A stretch of 64,000 bases of DNA from an uncultured Spirochaetota bacterium (GCA_963845535.1 CAWJSK010000019.1:96001-160000); one strand, 5' to 3'. Numbered from the stretch's first letter, positions 1 to 9,859 are shown. Numbers and translations: made by a program. The notes: a model not told the origin generated them from the letters alone.

Positions 1-24
1 CGAGGACCACTCCGGGGAAAAAAG

Positions 25-53
25 TTGAACCCGCCCCCTGCGTCGTGTATGAT
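25..53 (+). promoter_or_regulatory. sigma70-type promoter for the MBL gene
   Basis: TTGAAC (25-30), 17 bp spacer, TATGAT (48-53). Confidence 0.55.
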
Positions 54-104
54 AGAGCCGTTCACTACCCTCATTCATTCGAGCGAGAGTTCAAGGGGGC
101 CGAC

Positions 105-679
105 ATGTCCTCTGGCATCACCACTATCAATTTGGGCGGCGTGAACTGCTACCTGCTTCGATCCGAGACGGGCTTCGTGCTGATCGACACGGGCTTCCAG
201 ACTCGGAGAGCTCGGCTCGACGCTGAGCTGGAAAAGGCTGACTGCGTGCCAGGAAAGCTGAAGCTCATCCTGTTGACCCACAGGGACGTTGACCAGGTCG
301 GAAATTGCGCCCATCTGAGCGCGAATTGATCTTCAAGATCCTTGGACTGGTCACGCGGCGTCTGGCTTCGAAGAATCCGCTGGAAAAGTTCAAGCCCGAT
401 TTCGTAGTGGATGAAGGGTTCGATCTGGGCGTGTACGGCCTGGACGCGAAGATTCTGCATCTCCCTGGTCATCCCAAGGGGTCGATCGGTGTGCTGACGA
501 GTGAGGGGGATCTGTTTTGCCGCGACATGTTCTACAACGTCCCGGGATTTCGCTTCGTCGACGACCTGTCGGACTATGAGGCGAGCCTGAAGAAGTTGGG
601 CGATCTGAAGATCGAGAAGGTCTATCCAGGGCATGGCAAGCCGTTCGCTGCCGAAGCGATTCGACGCAGGGCCTATTGA
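105..679 (+). pseudogene. MBL-fold metallo-hydrolase, split by an internal deletion and frameshift near 320
   Basis: N-terminal half (VNCYLL...LIDTG...THRDVDQ) in one frame and C-terminal half (LPGHPKGS...LFCRD...YPGHG) in another. The expected middle segment appears to be missing and the metal ligands are degenerate. Confidence 0.75.
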
Positions 680-691
680 GGGATCCCGTTC

Positions 692-1357
692 GTGGCTTTT
701 GGCCTTGGCAACGACAGGACAGTGACAATGCTTCATAGGAACCGGTCAACGGCCCTATTCGCGACGGTTCAGGGCGTCGCAGTGGGAGCTCTCGGTGCTA
801 TTCACGGCATCTCAGCAGCACTGAAAGGATTCGTGCCCACGGACGGATTCGTGATGGCCACGGTCGGGGCGGTCACCATCATCCCCAACTACCTCATCAC
901 TGGCACAGCCGCGATCGTTCTGGCCTTATGCATCGTATTGTGGACGGTTTTCTTCGTCCACAAGAGAGAGGGACCGACTGTCTTTTTGCTCCTTTCGATA
1001 CTCCTCATGGCTGTTGGCGGTGGGATTGCGCACGTTCCGTTCTTCCTGATTGGTTGGGCAGTCTCTACCCGAATCAATCGCACGTTGACTTGGTGGAAGA
1101 AGGCCGTTCCAAAAGGCCTCGCCCTTCGGTTGGCGCGGGTATGGTTAGCGACCCTTGTGGTGGACTATGTTCTGCTGTTTGTCGGAATCGCGATATGGCT
1201 CGTCTTCCTGCCGCCTGGTTCAACGAACAGACCTCCCGTCCTTCAGTACGTGTGTTGGGGCTTCATTGCAGCAGGGCTGCTGATACAGTTGCCGACGGTC
1301 GTCTCGGGCTTCATGAGAGACATCCAGGTGCAACGAGGCGCTGAAGATGGTCGTTGA
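692..1357 (+). CDS. hypothetical multi-pass membrane protein
   Basis: 221-aa ORF with about six hydrophobic segments. Confidence 0.65.
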   Translation: MAFGLGNDRTVTMLHRNRSTALFATVQGVAVGALGAIHGISAALKGFVPTDGFVMATVGAVTIIPNYLITGTAAIVLALCIVLWTVFFVHKREGPTVFLLLSILLMAVGGGIAHVPFFLIGWAVSTRINRTLTWWKKAVPKGLALRLARVWLATLVVDYVLLFVGIAIWLVFLPPGSTNRPPVLQYVCWGFIAAGLLIQLPTVVSGFMRDIQVQRGAEDGR

Positions 1358-1579
1358 TACTGTTGCAAAGGGCGAGTAGCACGGATCCCCAACAGCAGCG
1401 GGCTCTCCAACGTAGGGCATGGCGAGGGAATTTCGGACGTCGCGAAGACGATCAAGGACGCCTGCGAAATGTACGAAGTGGTCGAGTCGGGAATGTTGCA
1501 GAACGGGTTGTCCCGATGGAATCGCTGGCGCTCCAGAGACTTGGCGTTGGCAACCACCAACGCCAAGTGCGTTATCTGC

Positions 1580-2569
1580 TCAGGAGGATTGGCGGCAATC
1601 AGAGCAGGCGATCACGGCACCTGTGCGACCTTCGTCCTTGGCAACCGGTTTGAAGGCACTCTGGCCGCCAAAAAAGGCGGAGTCAGGAGACTCGTGGCTA
1701 ACCATGGGACCGATTCCCCTACTCGATTTCTCGAAAAGCTCATTCCAGGAAGAGAGATCGGCAGCGAAGGATAGGGCACTGTGCGGACAGGCGAGAATGC
1801 ATGCCGCGCAGTGGATACACTCCTGAAAATCTCTGCGGAAGGTCAGGCCGCCATGGGCAACCTCAAGGCGCCTGACGGAGCAAGCGCTGACGCACGTGCC
1901 ACAGCCTCGGCATCGTGAAGCATCGAGCGCAAGCCGTGGATATATGTGACGCTGAAACAGCTTTTCCCTGAAGATGATTGCAGCCTTCAGCCGTGAGGAG
2001 GTTGAGGGGAAGCGTAGCTGTCTCCGGACTGTCCCGGGGACTGGCAGCTTTCCGTCGAGCGCCAAGGCAATGGTTTCTGTGATCTCTCCAAACATCGCTT
2101 CTTCGACTTTTCCAGGCTTGTCGAAGTTTACCTTGACGCGAATCTGGGGCAGACGGCAGATCGCATGGGGGGCTGCCACGCGCGCTGCACCGATGATTTC
2201 ACGACCATTCCGTTCTAAAAGGCGCGCCGCCTCTTGGAGCGCGACGCCGGAGCTGAACCCCCCGTATGACAGAATCGGCAGCGCGAGGGAGCCCCATTTC
2301 GCGTTAGGACGCGGGAGGACTGAAATTGCGTCTTGCATGTGCACCTGTAAGTGATGCACGTAGACCGGGGCGACAATGCAAAGGAGGTGGTGCGGAGGGA
2401 CATGAGCTTCAAGCCAATCAACCGACGGCGCGCTGCGGAACCAGCTCTCGTTGCCAGTCAGATCCACCACGTGGCTTTCGATTTTCTTGGCGGCCAGCAA
2501 CGAGCCGAGCCGCCCGGTGATCCACCGTCCGTTTCCGGAGGGACTGAAGACAAGGAATACGACCTTCAT
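1580..2569 (-). CDS. EFR1-family ferredoxin (flavodoxin-like domain plus 2x[4Fe-4S])
   Basis: FSPSGNG flavodoxin loop; CRGCGTCVSAC and CIHCAACILACP clusters; GAGGAG RBS before ATG 2569. Confidence 0.8.
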   Translation of the reverse strand: MKVVFLVFSPSGNGRWITGRLGSLLAAKKIESHVVDLTGNESWFRSAPSVDWLEAHVPPHHLLCIVAPVYVHHLQVHMQDAISVLPRPNAKWGSLALPILSYGGFSSGVALQEAARLLERNGREIIGAARVAAPHAICRLPQIRVKVNFDKPGKVEEAMFGEITETIALALDGKLPVPGTVRRQLRFPSTSSRLKAAIIFREKLFQRHIYPRLALDASRCRGCGTCVSACSVRRLEVAHGGLTFRRDFQECIHCAACILACPHSALSFAADLSSWNELFEKSSRGIGPMVSHESPDSAFFGGQSAFKPVAKDEGRTGAVIACSDCRQSS

Positions 2570-2590
2570 AGCACTCTCCTCTTTGTTTTT

Positions 2591-2608
2591 ACCGAACATT
2601 CGTTCGGT
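2591..2608. promoter_or_regulatory. putative TetR operator, copy 1
   Basis: Inverted repeat ACCGAAC-attc-GTTCGGT upstream of the ferredoxin gene; matches the copy at 3227-3244. Confidence 0.7.
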
Positions 2609-2625
2609 TTATATTGAAAAAAGAA

Positions 2626-3225
2626 TCACTTCATAAGACCGCGGATGCCCGCGACGTTGTAGCGTATGAGTGCGCTTACGCGCTCGACTATCTGCGGCGT
2701 GCCGGTGGACTCTCGAACGATTCGAACAAGGCCATCGAGCAGGTTGGCGGCTACGATGCGCATGGCCAGGGCATCCGGCGATCGGCCAGCCGAACCTTGG
2801 GCGATGTCATCGCTGAAGTTGCGCGCCAGACGAGATTCGAGCTCGGGACGGAAGCTCGCGGTGGCAGTTCCCGGGCTGGTGGTCATGAGAAGCGCGAACC
2901 CCTCACCGTGACTGGACAAAAGGCTCCCCAGCGCGCTCGACACCTCTTCTTCGAAAGCTCGGGCAGAGGAGTCCGATTTCCAGTTGAACTTGGTTTCGCG
3001 CTCCAGGAATGCATTGAAGGCCTCGCGAAGAACAATACGAATAGGCTTCGCAACCGCTGCGAAGATAGCTTCTTTGCTGGGGAAATAGGAATAAAGGTTT
3101 GCGACGCTTATCCCAGCCTTATAGGCGATCAATCGCACAGACGTCTTCTCGAAGCCGTCATCGAAAAAGGCTTTCGATGCGCTCTTGAGGATTGCTTGCC
3201 GAATCTCCTCTTTCAACGTTTGCAT
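2626..3225 (-). CDS. TetR/AcrR family regulator
   Basis: FFDDGFEKTSVRLIAYKAGISVANLYSYFPSKE HTH; likely start ATG 3225. Confidence 0.9.
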   Translation of the reverse strand: MQTLKEEIRQAILKSASKAFFDDGFEKTSVRLIAYKAGISVANLYSYFPSKEAIFAAVAKPIRIVLREAFNAFLERETKFNWKSDSSARAFEEEVSSALGSLLSSHGEGFALLMTTSPGTATASFRPELESRLARNFSDDIAQGSAGRSPDALAMRIVAANLLDGLVRIVRESTGTPQIVERVSALIRYNVAGIRGLMK

Positions 3226-3226
3226 A

Positions 3227-3264
3227 AGCGAACCAATGTTCGCTATTGGTCCCCATCGTGTCAA
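3227..3264 (-). promoter_or_regulatory. tetR promoter (TTGACA) with overlapping operator, copy 2
   Basis: TTGACA on the minus strand at 3264-3259; inverted repeat AGCGAAC-caat-GTTCGCT at 3227-3244. Confidence 0.7.
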
Positions 3265-3289
3265 GAGCCTGGAGAAAAGAATCAGCGAA

Positions 3290-3784
3290 TGAGAAATACG
3301 GTCCGGCGGATATCGCAGAGGGATCGGGGATAGGCAAAGGCACTCTGTACGAGTGCTTCAAGGGTAAAGAGGAGCTCGTGCAGTTCATGAAGACTATTTC
3401 TCCGCATTTTCCCAGGGTCTCGCCAAAGCCGTGGAAGGCACAACAGGACCGTCGGAGAAGCTGCTCGCCTTTATCGATTTTGCGATTGTCAATGCCGAGG
3501 AGTGGGAGGACCATTGCACTATCTACATAGATCGCTTCAGTTCGCCGGCCTCGCGGGCAGCGCTGTTCTCGCCCTCCGCAATCTACGATCCGATGAAACA
3601 GATCATCGCCGCGCTCGTGCGAGAGGGACAAGCTGCAGGTGAAATCGGTTCCGATTTCGTCCCAGAAGTCGTGGCACAGCTATTTGTGTCCATCTATGAT
3701 GGAATAATCCGCTGCTCGGCAGGATTACAGGGTTGGTTGGATGCGTCTGTTTCGCGGTTGCAGGCGCGGTGCTTTGGGCGGTGA
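3290..3784 (+). pseudogene. TetR family regulator remnant, 5'-truncated and frameshifted
   Basis: HTH fragment ADIAEGSGIGKGTLYECFKGKEEL in one frame; C-terminal domain (IIAALVREGQAAGEI...YDGI) in another. Confidence 0.7.
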
Positions 3785-3839
3785 AAACTCGAAGAGACCA
3801 CGCGAGCCCGAAGCACCTGCGCGTTGACAAAGAGGAAAT

Positions 3840-4594
3840 ATGATCGACTTCACGAACAAGACGGCGTTGATAACCGGCGCCTCTTCAGGAATCGGAAAGG
3901 CATTCGCGGAGACCCTTGCCGCGAAGGGCGCCAACGTGATCCTTGTTGCCCGCTCGAAGGCCAAGCTCGAAAGCCTCGCGGCGCAGATCAGGAAGGAACA
4001 CAAGGTGAGCGTCGGCGTGATTGTTGGCGATCTGAGCGAGGCGTCCATGCCGGACAAGATCTTCGCGGGCGTCCAGAAGCTGGGCCGACAGGTGGATGTC
4101 CTTATCAACAACGCCGGGTTCGGCGCCCATGGGCACTTTCATGCTCTCCCCGTGGACAAGGCACATGGGATGGTCATGGTTAATGTTGCGGCCCTGGTGC
4201 AGTTGACCCGTGTCTTTCTGCCGAAGATGGTTGAAAAGCGAGACGGCATCATCGTAAACGTGGCGTCGACCGCGGCTTTCCAACCCGTTCCTTTCATGGC
4301 GGTCTATGGGGCCAGCAAGGCGTTCGTCGAAGCGCGGGAATACGACTCCTTGCCTTGTGTCCCGGGGCCACTGAAACGGCTTTCTTTGACGTGGCGGGTG
4401 AGAGCGCGGCGCTTGGGAAGAAGCGCCCAGTCGAAAGAGTCGTGGAAAGCGCGCTGAGGGCCCTGGAGCGCGGAAAGTCCTTTGTCGTGGATGGCGGTGC
4501 CAACTACCTCATGACGCAGTCAATTCGGCTCGCCCCTCGCGGATTCGTGGCAAGGTCCGCCGCTCGATTGATGAGACCCAAAGAACACAAGTGA
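3840..4594 (+). pseudogene. SDR family oxidoreductase with a short deletion and frameshift near 4330
   Basis: TGASSGIG, NNAG and YGASK motifs. The helix after SKAFV is missing, and the sequence resumes as GIRLLALCPGATETAFF in another frame. Confidence 0.8.
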
Positions 4595-4601
4595 CGATGC
4601 T

Positions 4602-5525
4602 TTACGGCGTGGCTGTTCCGTGTTTGAGGTTCTGACGAACGAAATCCTCCACCGCAACAGGCTTGATCTCAGGGTAGCGCGAGTTATCCAGGTTTTGCAG
4701 CTTGCCCTTTCCGCTTGCGCCGCACCAGGCATATTGAAGGCTCATCCACTCCCAGGGGTTTTTGGCAGTCCGCTTCTTCTCCTCGATCAGCGCGCGAAGC
4801 TGATCCAGGGTGCCGAATGAGCTAGCCTCAAGCTTTCTGCCGGAAGCCGATTCAAGCGCGCGACGCAACTCAATCGCCGTGAGCGTGTTTCCCGCAATGC
4901 GAAGGGGCCTACCGCCCATTTCGGGATCAGTTGCAGCCGCGGCGGTGTAGAGGGCTACGTCGGAGATGGCCGTGTAGTCGATGGGCTTGGTTCCGTCTCC
5001 CCAATAGTGGAGGACGCCCTTCTCCCAGTCGACCGTCGGAAACCGCGGTGAGAGAACGACGTCAAGGAACCCACCGCACAGGACGGAGGTTGGCGCAACG
5101 GGGCTGGCGGCGAACGACTCGTCGAACTCCTTTCGAAGGCCAAGGTTGTAGTTGTCTTCGAAGTCGAGCCCCGAGATGTCTATCGAAAAGTCAGAGGGGA
5201 TCATCCGCTTCACCCCAGCCTTTTCAGCCGCGCGCAGGAGGTTGCGCTGGCCGTCGACTATGACATCACGTCCGCCCTGGACGGCGCTGATGATCACGTC
5301 AACTCCCGCACATGCCTCCCGGAGGCTCTGCTCTTTGGCCAGGTCTCCCCGCACGAGAGTCATCCCCAGGGCTCGAAGGTCGTCGACTCGCTTTGCTTTC
5401 ACTGGATCGGTGACCTCGGACCTGAGGAGGCCGCGCACTTCGGCCTTGCCGCCTTTGAGCAGGGCGGCGGCGGTCAGGTGGCCCAGCCAACCCGCTACCC
5501 CTGCGATCAAGATTTTGGTTTTCAA
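4602..5525 (-). CDS. NmrA/isoflavone-reductase-like NAD(P)-binding protein
   Basis: GVAGWLG Rossmann motif; AAEKAGVKRMIPSDF; TTG start. Confidence 0.85.
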   Translation of the reverse strand: MKTKILIAGVAGWLGHLTAAALLKGGKAEVRGLLRSEVTDPVKAKRVDDLRALGMTLVRGDLAKEQSLREACAGVDVIISAVQGGRDVIVDGQRNLLRAAEKAGVKRMIPSDFSIDISGLDFEDNYNLGLRKEFDESFAASPVAPTSVLCGGFLDVVLSPRFPTVDWEKGVLHYWGDGTKPIDYTAISDVALYTAAAATDPEMGGRPLRIAGNTLTAIELRRALESASGRKLEASSFGTLDQLRALIEEKKRTAKNPWEWMSLQYAWCGASGKGKLQNLDNSRYPEIKPVAVEDFVRQNLKHGTATP

Positions 5526-5541
5526 GGGGGCGCTCAGACCC

Positions 5542-5593
5542 TTGACTTTCTTTTCGAGTGTAACTATATAGTTACAGTAACCAGGTAGTTACA
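5542..5593. promoter_or_regulatory. divergent promoter region with two abutting TetR operators
   Basis: Perfect 18-bp palindrome TGTAACTATATAGTTACA (5559-5576), followed by GTAAC-N6-GTTAC (5577-5592); TTGACT at 5542. Confidence 0.75.
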
Positions 5594-5604
5594 AGGGAGG
5601 CGCA

Positions 5605-6264
5605 ATGCCAGCAGCGATAGCAAGGAAAAGACAGACAAGCCGCGAGGCGATCCTTTCCACCGCGGAGGCGGCCTTTGCGGAGCACGGCTTCAGCGGAGCG
5701 CGTGTCGACGACATCGCAGAGTCCTCCGGGTTCAACAAGACACTGATTTTTCGCCACTTCGGCGACAAGCTCGGGCTGTATGCCGAAGTACTGAAACACG
5801 TTGACGAGGGAATCGGTTCGCTTCAGGCTCGGAGCCTTGCGCCTTTGCTTCAAACGGAGAACCTGGCCGGCAACCCGGGGAAGCTCCGGCTGCTTCTCAA
5901 GGCGATGGCGGAAACGACGTTCGATTACATGGTCGAGCACCCTCGTACGTTGAAAGTCCTGAACTGGGAGACCGCGGAGGGCTGGAAAACGTTCGCCAAA
6001 ATAGTGACACGGTTTCCGACAAAAGAACTGGACCGAATCGAGGACGTCTTTCGCAAGGCCTGGCGTGCCGGTTTGCTCAGGTCGGACTTTCACCCTTTGA
6101 TACAGATGTCGTTGGTTTCCCAGATATGCGTCTCCTACCTGGCCAGCCTGCCTCTCTATCATCTGCTCGTTTCTGACCAGGACCTCGGCGAAAAGAAAGG
6201 TCTTCTGCGCGCAAAGAGGTTCGTTGTCGACGCTATTGTTCACGGAATGGTACGGGAGGACTGA
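5605..6264 (+). CDS. TetR/AcrR family regulator
   Basis: FAEHGFSGARVDDIAESSGFNKTLIFRHFGDK HTH; GGAGG RBS. Confidence 0.9.
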   Translation: MPAAIARKRQTSREAILSTAEAAFAEHGFSGARVDDIAESSGFNKTLIFRHFGDKLGLYAEVLKHVDEGIGSLQARSLAPLLQTENLAGNPGKLRLLLKAMAETTFDYMVEHPRTLKVLNWETAEGWKTFAKIVTRFPTKELDRIEDVFRKAWRAGLLRSDFHPLIQMSLVSQICVSYLASLPLYHLLVSDQDLGEKKGLLRAKRFVVDAIVHGMVRED

Positions 6265-6265
6265 A

Positions 6266-6913
6266 ATGGACATCGGGATGAAGACAAGACACTACAAGGA
6301 CGCCTCCAGGAGCTACTTCGACAAGCTCGCCCTGAGCTACGACCGCCACTATTACGGGACCCACGGGCGCCAGCAATATCAGCGAGTGTTGGAGGTCACG
6401 CGCGGCTGGACGTTCGCCTCGGTCCTGGATGTTGGTTGCGGAACGGGCGGGCTTCTCTCCGCCTTGAAGCGGCCGAGGCTGAAGCTGGCTGGAGCTGACC
6501 TTTCCCCAGGGATGATAACGGAAGCAAAGAAGCGACTCGGCAAGGCTGCCGACCTCAGGATCGCTGACGCGGAGCGTCTCCCCTGGAATGCGGACAGCTT
6601 CGATCTCGTGGTGACCACGGATTCGATCCATCACTGGCCAGGTCCGCAGAAGGCGTTCTCGGAAATCAGGAGGGTGCTGAAACAGGGCGGGCACCTCGTG
6701 CTTGCCGATGTCTACGCTCCGTTTCCCTTCAGGCAGTTGGGCAACCTGGTGGCGCGATTCGGCAACGAGGGTGACGTCAAAGTCTACTCGGAAACTGAGT
6801 TTGAGCTGATGCTGAGGGGAGCGGTGTTTGCTGAGATAACGTGCGACCATCGCAGCTTCATGGCAATCGTGCTGCATGCAAAGAGGGCCGGGCGTGGTAG
6901 AATCCCGACTTAG
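6266..6913 (+). CDS. class I SAM-dependent methyltransferase (UbiE-like)
   Basis: VLDVGCGTG, GADLSPGM, DAERLPW...SFDLV and RVLKQGG motifs. Confidence 0.9.
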   Translation: MDIGMKTRHYKDASRSYFDKLALSYDRHYYGTHGRQQYQRVLEVTRGWTFASVLDVGCGTGGLLSALKRPRLKLAGADLSPGMITEAKKRLGKAADLRIADAERLPWNADSFDLVVTTDSIHHWPGPQKAFSEIRRVLKQGGHLVLADVYAPFPFRQLGNLVARFGNEGDVKVYSETEFELMLRGAVFAEITCDHRSFMAIVLHAKRAGRGRIPT

Positions 6914-6923
6914 AGGCTGCTCA

Positions 6924-7270
6924 GTGAATTTAGAAGAACTTGGTTACGACGATTGGTTTCGGGTACGGTTGGGGGAGAACCTCGCGCGGGAAACAAACAT
7001 CGCGCGCGTCATGGCTGTTGAGAGAGACCGCTACCTGATCGGAGCCGCATTCGGCTGTATTCCAGCCGAAATCACGGGCAGGCTGAGATATGGTGCCGTG
7101 GCCGCCGAAGACCTGCCGTGCGTCGGTGATTGGGTGCTGGCGGACTACCTCGACAATGGCCAGCATGCGATCGTGCACGACGCGCTGCCGAGAAGAACGA
7201 TCCTACGGAGAAGATCATCCGGCACAAGAGTCGAATACCAGCCTATCGCCGCAAATATCGATGTCGCATT
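6924..7270 (+). pseudogene. rsgA: RsgA ribosome small subunit-dependent GTPase, N-terminal fragment
   Basis: LEELGY...PCVGDWV...LPRRTILRR...QPIAANIDVA. Homology stops before the GTPase motifs. Confidence 0.85.
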
Positions 7271-7339
7271 ACCGCCTTCCTGCCGCTCTTGGGCCTCATC
7301 GCGGTTTTCCTGCCCAACCTCGATTTGCGCAAGCGCTGA
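7265..7339 (+). pseudogene. C-terminal remnant of an Fsr-like MFS transporter
   Basis: RITAFLPLLGLIAVFLPNLDLRKR* resembles the terminal helix of Fsr-family MFS proteins (AFLPLLG...FLP). Confidence 0.55.
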
Positions 7340-7372
7340 GCGCTGAAGCTCAGCTTGCAGCCGTGGCTCGGC

Positions 7373-7441
7373 TTGCAAAGGCCAAAGAGGTTTGATATAT
7401 TCCTGGACGTATTGACTACAGTCCGGTGTCGTTGCTACTAT
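7373..7441 (+). promoter_or_regulatory. tandem sigma70 promoters of the tRNA pair
   Basis: P1: TTGCAA (7373), 17 bp, TATATT (7396), with TGn. P2: TTGACT (7412), 18 bp, TACTAT (7436), with TGn. Confidence 0.6.
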
Positions 7442-7445
7442 CCAG

Positions 7446-7529
7446 GCGAGAGTGGTGGAATTTGGCAGACACGCCAGACTTAGGATCTGGTGCCCAAAAG
7501 GCTTGAGGGTTCAAATCCCTTCTCTCGCA
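7446..7529 (+). tRNA. tRNA-Leu(TAG)
   Basis: Acceptor GCGAGAG/CTCTCGC; anticodon arm CCAGA-CTTAGGA-TCTGG; long variable arm; GGTTCAAATCC; CCA not encoded. Confidence 0.97.
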
Positions 7530-7570
7530 GTGATAGAGATGCGCGGGACGCCGCGCAGCGTTGAGAATAC

Positions 7571-7643
7571 GCGGGAATAGCTCAGTTGGTAGAGCTCCAC
7601 CTTGCCAAGGTGGACGTCGCGGGTTCAAGTCCCGTTTCCCGCT
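7571..7643 (+). tRNA. tRNA-Gly(GCC)
   Basis: Acceptor GCGGGAA/TTCCCGC; anticodon arm CCACC-TTGCCAA-GGTGG; GGTTCAAGTCC. Confidence 0.97.
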
Positions 7644-7872
7644 CTCTCTTTCCTGCTGTTCCACAGCGGTTGCACTATGATGGAACAATGGTGTTCCGAA
7701 TGGAACGGAACAGGAGTCTTCAAGAACCCAGTCAGCGCCCCGCGCGCAGGCACAGAATCAAGACGAACATCGTAATTCTCGAGCCGGCGGTAACTTATAA
7801 TGGGCGTTTCTCTTCTTTGAAGCCCTGTTTCGGAGGAGAGAGTTGGTCCCGCATTTGCTTCTAGATTGAATC

Positions 7873-9711
7873 ATGAAGGATATCAAGCTCCTCACCAAGC
7901 TCATTGGCGGATTTGTCCTCGTCGCCCTGATTGTCGTCGGCGTGGGCTATTTCGGCGTCACGGGAGTGGCGCGGCTTTCGGGGCAGCTTGACGCAGTGGG
8001 CAAGGTGGTTTTTCCGAGCGCAACCAACGTCTTGCGGATGCGGCTGGCAATGACGGAAATCCATTCCGCGGAGCAAGCCCTTCTGAGAAAAGGTATTGGA
8101 GACTCAGAACGGCAGAGCACCTACAACGAGATTGGCGCGGCAAAGAAGGACATCGACGCGGCGCGCCAGGCGTATGATTCCATTCCCAAGTCGCCGTCAG
8201 AAAAGGCCCTCTGGGATCGTTTCAACTCGACCTGGGATTCGTGGTGGAACGGGCATATGGCCTTCGAGGGGCTGGAGAAGGACCACTTCTCACGGCCGTC
8301 GGACCAGCTCGCGGACCTGGTGTATGAACAATCGATCTCCCAGACGCTGGACCAGGAGTCGGTTCCTTACGAAACGCTGACGAAGATACTCGCCGATATC
8401 GACCTGCTTCAATACCAGTACGCCGCCTCTGCCATGGACACGGGCGCCAGGATTTCATCCCAGGTCCGGCTGGCGACGGTGGTCGGGTTCATTGTCGGTC
8501 CGTTCCTCGCCCTCCTGTTCGGGTTCCTCCTTGCGATATCCATTTCGCGCCCACTCGCCCGCGGGGTCGCGTTTGCCGAGGTCGTTGCCAAAGGCGACCT
8601 GACTCAGCGCTTCGAGATCGTCCGAAAGGACGAGGTTGGCAAGCTTGCCGCGGCGCTCAATTTCATGGTGGAGAAGCTCAACGAGCTGATGCGGGGGATT
8701 CAGGACAGCGCTCACCGGGTGGCGTCCTCCAGCGAGGCCTTGAGCTCCGCCGCGGCCCACATGTCCGAAGGCGCGCAGACGCAGGCCTCCGCCCTCGAAG
8801 AGACGAGCGCCTCGGTGGAAGAGTTGAGCGCTTCCGTTGACCAGGTATCCGAGCACGCCCAGGCCCAGGCCGCGGCGGTGGCGGAAGGATCGAGCTCGAT
8901 GGAGCAGGTCAACACGGCCATCGAGGACGTGACGAGAAACCTCACGGCCATTGCCGACCTTGCCGCGAAATCAGTGGAGAAATCCGTGGAAGGCGCCCGC
9001 GCGGTCCAGGAAGTGGCCCAGGGGATTGGCCTGATTGCCGACAGCTCGGAGAAGATCGGGGGCATCGTGTCAGTGATCTCCGACATTGCCGACCAGACGA
9101 ATCTCCTTGCCCTGAACGCCTCCATCGAGGCGGCCCGCGCGGGGGAACATGGGCGCGGCTTCGCGGTGGTGGCCCAGGCTGTCAGCCAGCTTGCGGACCG
9201 CAGCTCGGCGTCCACGAAGGAAATCGAGCAGCTCATCAGGGAGAGCGTGAAACACGTAACGCGCGGGGTCGAGACGGCGCAAGGCTCGCAGAGCGCCATG
9301 GAGCAGATCCGCTCCACCTCGGAGAAGGTTCGGGAGATGATCGCCGGGCTTTCCCAGTCCATGGCGCAGCAGCTTGCCTCCGTTCGCGAGCTGGCGAAGG
9401 CGCTCTCGAACATCAACGAGATGAGCCAGAACATCTCCGCCGCCACGGAGGAACAGACGAGCAACGCCAAGCAGGTGTCAAAAGCGGTGGAAAGCGTGAA
9501 TGACGTGACCCAGGCCGCGGCCGCTTCCGCGGAGGAAATGTCGGGGGCCACCGACGAGATGTCTCGACTGGCCCTGGCGCTGCTCGGCCTCGTGGAGAAG
9601 TTCCGCATTGCCAACGCCGCGGAGGTTGCCGGGCTGGGGGAAGCCCTGCCGTTGGCGTCGGCGAGCCCCTCGCCCCAGCCTCCCAAGGAGAACCCGCCGC
9701 TGATCAACTGA
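7873..9711 (+). CDS. methyl-accepting chemotaxis protein (4HB sensor, HAMP)
   Basis: Two TM helices; [46 protein letters not shown] signalling tip. Confidence 0.95.
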   Translation: MKDIKLLTKLIGGFVLVALIVVGVGYFGVTGVARLSGQLDAVGKVVFPSATNVLRMRLAMTEIHSAEQALLRKGIGDSERQSTYNEIGAAKKDIDAARQAYDSIPKSPSEKALWDRFNSTWDSWWNGHMAFEGLEKDHFSRPSDQLADLVYEQSISQTLDQESVPYETLTKILADIDLLQYQYAASAMDTGARISSQVRLATVVGFIVGPFLALLFGFLLAISISRPLARGVAFAEVVAKGDLTQRFEIVRKDEVGKLAAALNFMVEKLNELMRGIQDSAHRVASSSEALSSAAAHMSEGAQTQASALEETSASVEELSASVDQVSEHAQAQAAAVAEGSSSMEQVNTAIEDVTRNLTAIADLAAKSVEKSVEGARAVQEVAQGIGLIADSSEKIGGIVSVISDIADQTNLLALNASIEAARAGEHGRGFAVVAQAVSQLADRSSASTKEIEQLIRESVKHVTRGVETAQGSQSAMEQIRSTSEKVREMIAGLSQSMAQQLASVRELAKALSNINEMSQNISAATEEQTSNAKQVSKAVESVNDVTQAAAASAEEMSGATDEMSRLALALLGLVEKFRIANAAEVAGLGEALPLASASPSPQPPKENPPLIN

Positions 9712-9859
9712 GCGCGGCGCTCCGCTGTGCGGCGCTCCGTTATATAGAAGAAACGCTATATTTTTGACGCTTGACTCGAAACGGCCATGCGATATACCGT
9801 TGCGTGCGGATCGCCGGTCTACGGCGGTCTGTAACTCACGCCGAAAGAGGAATCGCAGG

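Noticed and set aside
1354..1580. Short + strand ORFs, including a GHGEGISDVAKTIKD segment resembling an MBL C-terminus
   Set aside because: Too short and without a convincing start or further motifs.
7446..7700. tRNA-anchored integrative element
   Set aside because: No integrase and no duplicated tRNA 3' end were seen in the window.
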